Part shown: one piece after another, positions 12,339-15,545 of the stretch
Numbering within the stretch: position 1 is the stretch's first letter
Layout: each line of letters begins with the position of its first letter
NCBI RefSeq assembly: GCF_003003845.1
Contig: NZ_PVWO01000088.1
Location: 1 to 15,545 of the forward strand
Reading direction: 5' to 3'
DNA length: 15,545 bases
Source: Chamaesiphon polymorphus CCALA 037
GTDB taxonomy: Bacteria; Cyanobacteriota; Cyanobacteriia; Cyanobacteriales; Chamaesiphonaceae
The notes under the pieces: model-generated
Database searches by the model: none
Told to the model about the DNA's origin: nothing
The model's input: the letters and a program-made list of their open reading frames with translations, nothing else
Translations under genes and position numbers: made by a program

Positions 12339-15300
12339 CTAATCTAATCGATCTATGGCAGTAATAGCTTCCTCAAATTTTTTGAGAAGACTTAACGTTA
12401 GCGATTGAGTGTTCAGGGTATCGAAATTAATGCCATCGATTTCAAAAGCACGATCGCACGCAACAAGAGATTCTTGATAACGCCCTAAAGCAAGTAATAC
12501 AACGCCTCGACGGTTCCACGCACTAGCACATTGAGGATCGATATCGATCGCTTTTTGATGACTTTCCAATGCTTTCTCATATTGCTCTAACTCAGATAAA
12601 GCAACCCCTCGCTCTATCCAAGCATCAATAGATTCAGGATCGAGATCGATTGCCATCTGAGAACTTTTTAATTGCTCCTCATATCGTTCTAGCTCATATA
12701 GTGCATATCCTTGATTTATCCAAGCCTTAACAGATTTAGGATCGAGTTCAGTTGCTTTATGGTAACTTTTTAGAGCATCTTCGTATCTTTCTAGTCTTGA
12801 TAGTACAAGTCCTTTATTTATCCAAGCATTAGAAGATTTAGGGTTGATATCGACCACTTTTTGATAACTTTTCAATGCTTCCTCATATCGTTCTATCCCA
12901 AGTAGGGTATAGCCTTGGCGATTAAAAGCATCAAGGGATTTAGGACTTAGTTTTATTGCTTGACCATAGCTTTCCAGTGCCTCTTCATATCGAGATAATT
13001 TGACAAGAGCAATTCCTATGTTTATCCAGTCTTTAATAGATTTAGGTCTAATTTCAATTGCTTTTTGACAATGTTCTAATGCCTCTTCATGTCGTCCTAA
13101 CCTAATAAGTGCCGTAGCTCTATTTACCCAAGCATCGATAGATTCAGAATCGACATTAATTGCTTTTTGATAGCTTTCTAGTGATTCATCATGTTGTCCT
13201 AGATTAAGAAGAGCAGTTCCTCTATTTATCCAAGCATTAACATATTCAGGAACTAGGCTAATTGCCTGCTGAGAAGTTTCTAATGCCTCATCCTGTTGAT
13301 TTAAATTAATTAGAGTAGCTCCTCTATTTGTCAATGCATCCACAGAATTAGGATCTAGGTTAATTGCTTGCTGATAACTTTCTAATGCCTTCTCATATTC
13401 CTCTAATCCAAATAAGGCAGACCCTTGAATATTCCAAGCATTTACAGATTTAGGATTGATTTCGATTGCTTTTTGTGATTTTACTAATGCTTCTTCATAT
13501 CTTTCTAAATTAATAAGTGCATTTCCTAGACTTAGCCAAGCATTAATAAAATTGGAATCTAGATCGGTTGCTTTTTGTAAATTTATAATTGCTTTTTCAT
13601 CTTGGTTGAGATTTAAAAATGTAACTCCTAGATTGGTCAAAGCTTCTACAGATGTAGGGTCGATTTCAATCGCTTTCTGAAAACTTTCCAACGCCTCCTC
13701 ATATCGCTTCAGATTTAAGAATGCAAAACCTTGACCAATAAAGATGGTTGTATTTTCTCTATCCAGCTCCACCATTATTTGATAGCAATTCAGAGAATCT
13801 TTATAAGACTTTTCATCCATAAGTAAATTGCAAATATTTGAAGCTATGCTTATTATTATTCGATTGGGACAGCGATCGCGTAATTTATCTAACTGTTTTT
13901 TTGATTCTTTTAGCGTATCGATTTTTTCAATTGATTCGTTGTCTCGTAAAGACTTATAAATCAATCCAACACATTTGCCTAAGCCATGTCTGAGATCGCC
14001 AATATGTCCTAACAAATGCTGAATAGATATCTCTATTTGTCGTGAAATTTCTTCATTTCTCCGCTCCGAAAACGGTTTTTTATCTTCAGAATTGAACTCG
14101 TAATTTATTGGATAAACATGTAGAGCATGTGAAGCAAAAATAATACCCATTGATGAGTCATTGAAAAATTTGGTCGTTGCATTGTGTAGTAAATCTTTAT
14201 TCTCGTCATTCATCTCTGCCTGAATGAAAGCAAAAGGAATACTAAATACATCTGGATAACGCAGATAAACTGCTGCAAACACATGTTCGATATATTGTAT
14301 TAATCCTTCTTTTCCCTTGCCAAAAAGACCATAATAGAGAAATTCTATAATCGCTCCTCGCCAGTCCTCATCTTCATATGACTCTGGTAAAAGACATTGA
14401 ACATCGAAAAGTTCATCCGCTTGTTGCTTAAAGTAGTCAGCAAGCAGAGCATTAGTTTTACGAAACTTAGTTCGATCGTCCTGAAAGTATGACTGCCTAA
14501 AGACATCCCTCGCCACATCATCTAAACAGTAGCGACCTTTTGTATGCTCCACAAAATCAGATTGTTTCAGCCATTCAAAATAAATTTCTGCGTTGTTAGC
14601 ATCTTGTTGCAATCCGAAGACATCACTCTCTATCAAATGTCGAATCATAGATCGGTCAAACCACCGACAACAAGCAACTACTTGTAAAACTTTCTGTTGG
14701 GGAGTATCTAGTCCCTGTAGAAGCAGTTCGGCAATCGCTTGATTCCCTTGGAAAAAGTCAGGTTCTAAGCCTTTTTCTTTTCGATCTCGTACCCAGTTCA
14801 AATAATAGGGCAGACCTTTTGTTGCCTTATAAATTTTGGCTTGTGTACCACCATGTTCGATCCCAATTTGCTTGAGATATTCCTCTGTATCTTTCTTACT
14901 AAATTTAGTCAGATGTGTCTCATGAAGCAACTTCCGATCTTGATGGAGCTTGCGCCAATTCTCATCAGATTGTAGAGATCTCCGCCCTACAACGACAAGT
15001 CTCACAGACCCAGAAGACAGGGAAGTATCTTCGACTAAAGATTGCCACAGCCATCGATCTAGGTAAGATTGTGCTTTCTCATAAGTATCCAAAACTAGCA
15101 CCAGAGATCTTCCTCTAGTCTGTGCGATCTGCATCATACTATTTGCAAATGCCTGCGTTAGCTTAGAGACAGGTTCCAACATCAAATCCTTTAGATCCGA
15201 TCGATCCTTTGTTGCTGGGTGATTTCGCACTCGCTGCTGAATCCATTCTTGCAAACCTTCTGCATCCTCTCCTATCGCCGCTGATGCCAAAAAACTTGCA

Positions 15301-15545
15301 CCTGAAACATCAAAGGTAATCGGCTTACTCGTTGTGGCTGTCAAACCGATTACCCCCGACCAAATCGATCGTTCAAACCAGCTTGTAATCTTCTTTGCTT
15401 CTTCGCTGCTACTTGCCGTGCCATCGATCGATTTTTGGCTCAACTCAAATAAAGTTTCCTCAAACTGCCGCTCCTGCTCTGTAAACCGATCGGAGATCGC
15501 TTGGCTACCCAAAAGATCGATCGCCTGCTGATGTAGCTTCCGCAT
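12339..15545 (-). CDS. STAND-type P-loop NTPase with a 14-unit TPR array (5' end beyond the window)
   Basis: The 1068-codon ORF runs to the last base of the window. A Walker-B-like RSLVLVLDTYEK and a helical NTPase/arm region (GLPYYLNWV, VLQVVACCRWFDRSMIRHL) are present, but no Walker A is visible, so the N-terminus is missing. The C-terminal 476 aa are 14 regular 34-aa TPRs (AW.N.G.AL..LERYEEAL.SYQKAI.IDPKS). Confidence 0.85.
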   Translation of the reverse strand: MRKLHQQAIDLLGSQAISDRFTEQERQFEETLFELSQKSIDGTASSSEEAKKITSWFERSIWSGVIGLTATTSKPITFDVSGASFLASAAIGEDAEGLQEWIQQRVRNHPATKDRSDLKDLMLEPVSKLTQAFANSMMQIAQTRGRSLVLVLDTYEKAQSYLDRWLWQSLVEDTSLSSGSVRLVVVGRRSLQSDENWRKLHQDRKLLHETHLTKFSKKDTEEYLKQIGIEHGGTQAKIYKATKGLPYYLNWVRDRKEKGLEPDFFQGNQAIAELLLQGLDTPQQKVLQVVACCRWFDRSMIRHLIESDVFGLQQDANNAEIYFEWLKQSDFVEHTKGRYCLDDVARDVFRQSYFQDDRTKFRKTNALLADYFKQQADELFDVQCLLPESYEDEDWRGAIIEFLYYGLFGKGKEGLIQYIEHVFAAVYLRYPDVFSIPFAFIQAEMNDENKDLLHNATTKFFNDSSMGIIFASHALHVYPINYEFNSEDKKPFSERRNEEISRQIEISIQHLLGHIGDLRHGLGKCVGLIYKSLRDNESIEKIDTLKESKKQLDKLRDRCPNRIIISIASNICNLLMDEKSYKDSLNCYQIMVELDRENTTIFIGQGFAFLNLKRYEEALESFQKAIEIDPTSVEALTNLGVTFLNLNQDEKAIINLQKATDLDSNFINAWLSLGNALINLERYEEALVKSQKAIEINPKSVNAWNIQGSALFGLEEYEKALESYQQAINLDPNSVDALTNRGATLINLNQQDEALETSQQAISLVPEYVNAWINRGTALLNLGQHDESLESYQKAINVDSESIDAWVNRATALIRLGRHEEALEHCQKAIEIRPKSIKDWINIGIALVKLSRYEEALESYGQAIKLSPKSLDAFNRQGYTLLGIERYEEALKSYQKVVDINPKSSNAWINKGLVLSRLERYEDALKSYHKATELDPKSVKAWINQGYALYELERYEEQLKSSQMAIDLDPESIDAWIERGVALSELEQYEKALESHQKAIDIDPQCASAWNRRGVVLLALGRYQESLVACDRAFEIDGINFDTLNTQSLTLSLLKKFEEAITAIDRLD
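12342..13755 (-). repeat. 102-bp periodic coding repeats (TPR array)
   Basis: 14 consecutive 34-codon units with recurring DNA strings such as CTCTTCATATCG/CTCATATCGTTC and GATTTAGG on the + strand. This is coding periodicity, not a CRISPR array or satellite. Confidence 0.8.

Noticed and set aside
12342-13755. Regular 102-bp periodicity that could be mistaken for a CRISPR array or satellite
   Set aside because: The whole stretch is one open reading frame encoding canonical 34-aa TPR units. There is no repeat/spacer alternation with unique spacers.
13456-15531. + strand ORFs 13456..13680, 14915..15118, 15334..15531
   Set aside because: They are antisense to the 1068-codon STAND/TPR ORF. Antisense TPR DNA naturally lacks stops.

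Overview
This window is cyanobacterial chromosomal DNA: it has very dense CGATCG/HIP1-type palindromes, STRR-like heptamer arrays, and WD40- and TPR-type STAND genes. From 1 to 6.35 kb the genes look ordinary. They are a translationally coupled coiled-coil/hypothetical pair, GDP-mannose 4,6-dehydratase (gmd) convergent with apolipoprotein N-acyltransferase (lnt), a polytopic membrane protein, and an FHA/class III adenylate cyclase. The most unusual locus lies at 6.4-8.4 kb. A 392-aa dual-HTH (possibly HetZ-related) regulator is followed on the same strand by a tandemly duplicated 380-bp module. Each copy carries a conserved leader and a 49-aa ORF that is too short for the ORF track (MTLTITQ, then a Pro-rich variable linker, then GRWYTDA[DN]GKLVC.W.ESV). 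A relic of the regulator's 3' end marks the duplication junction. From 8.8 to 15.5 kb there are two convergent STAND NTPase genes. One is an HTH/NB-ARC/WD40 gene broken into three ORFs by frame shifts. The other is an AT-rich P-loop/TPR gene whose 5' end lies outside the window and whose last two TPRs are also displaced into another frame. I recognised no rRNA, tRNA, CRISPR array, transposase or integrase.
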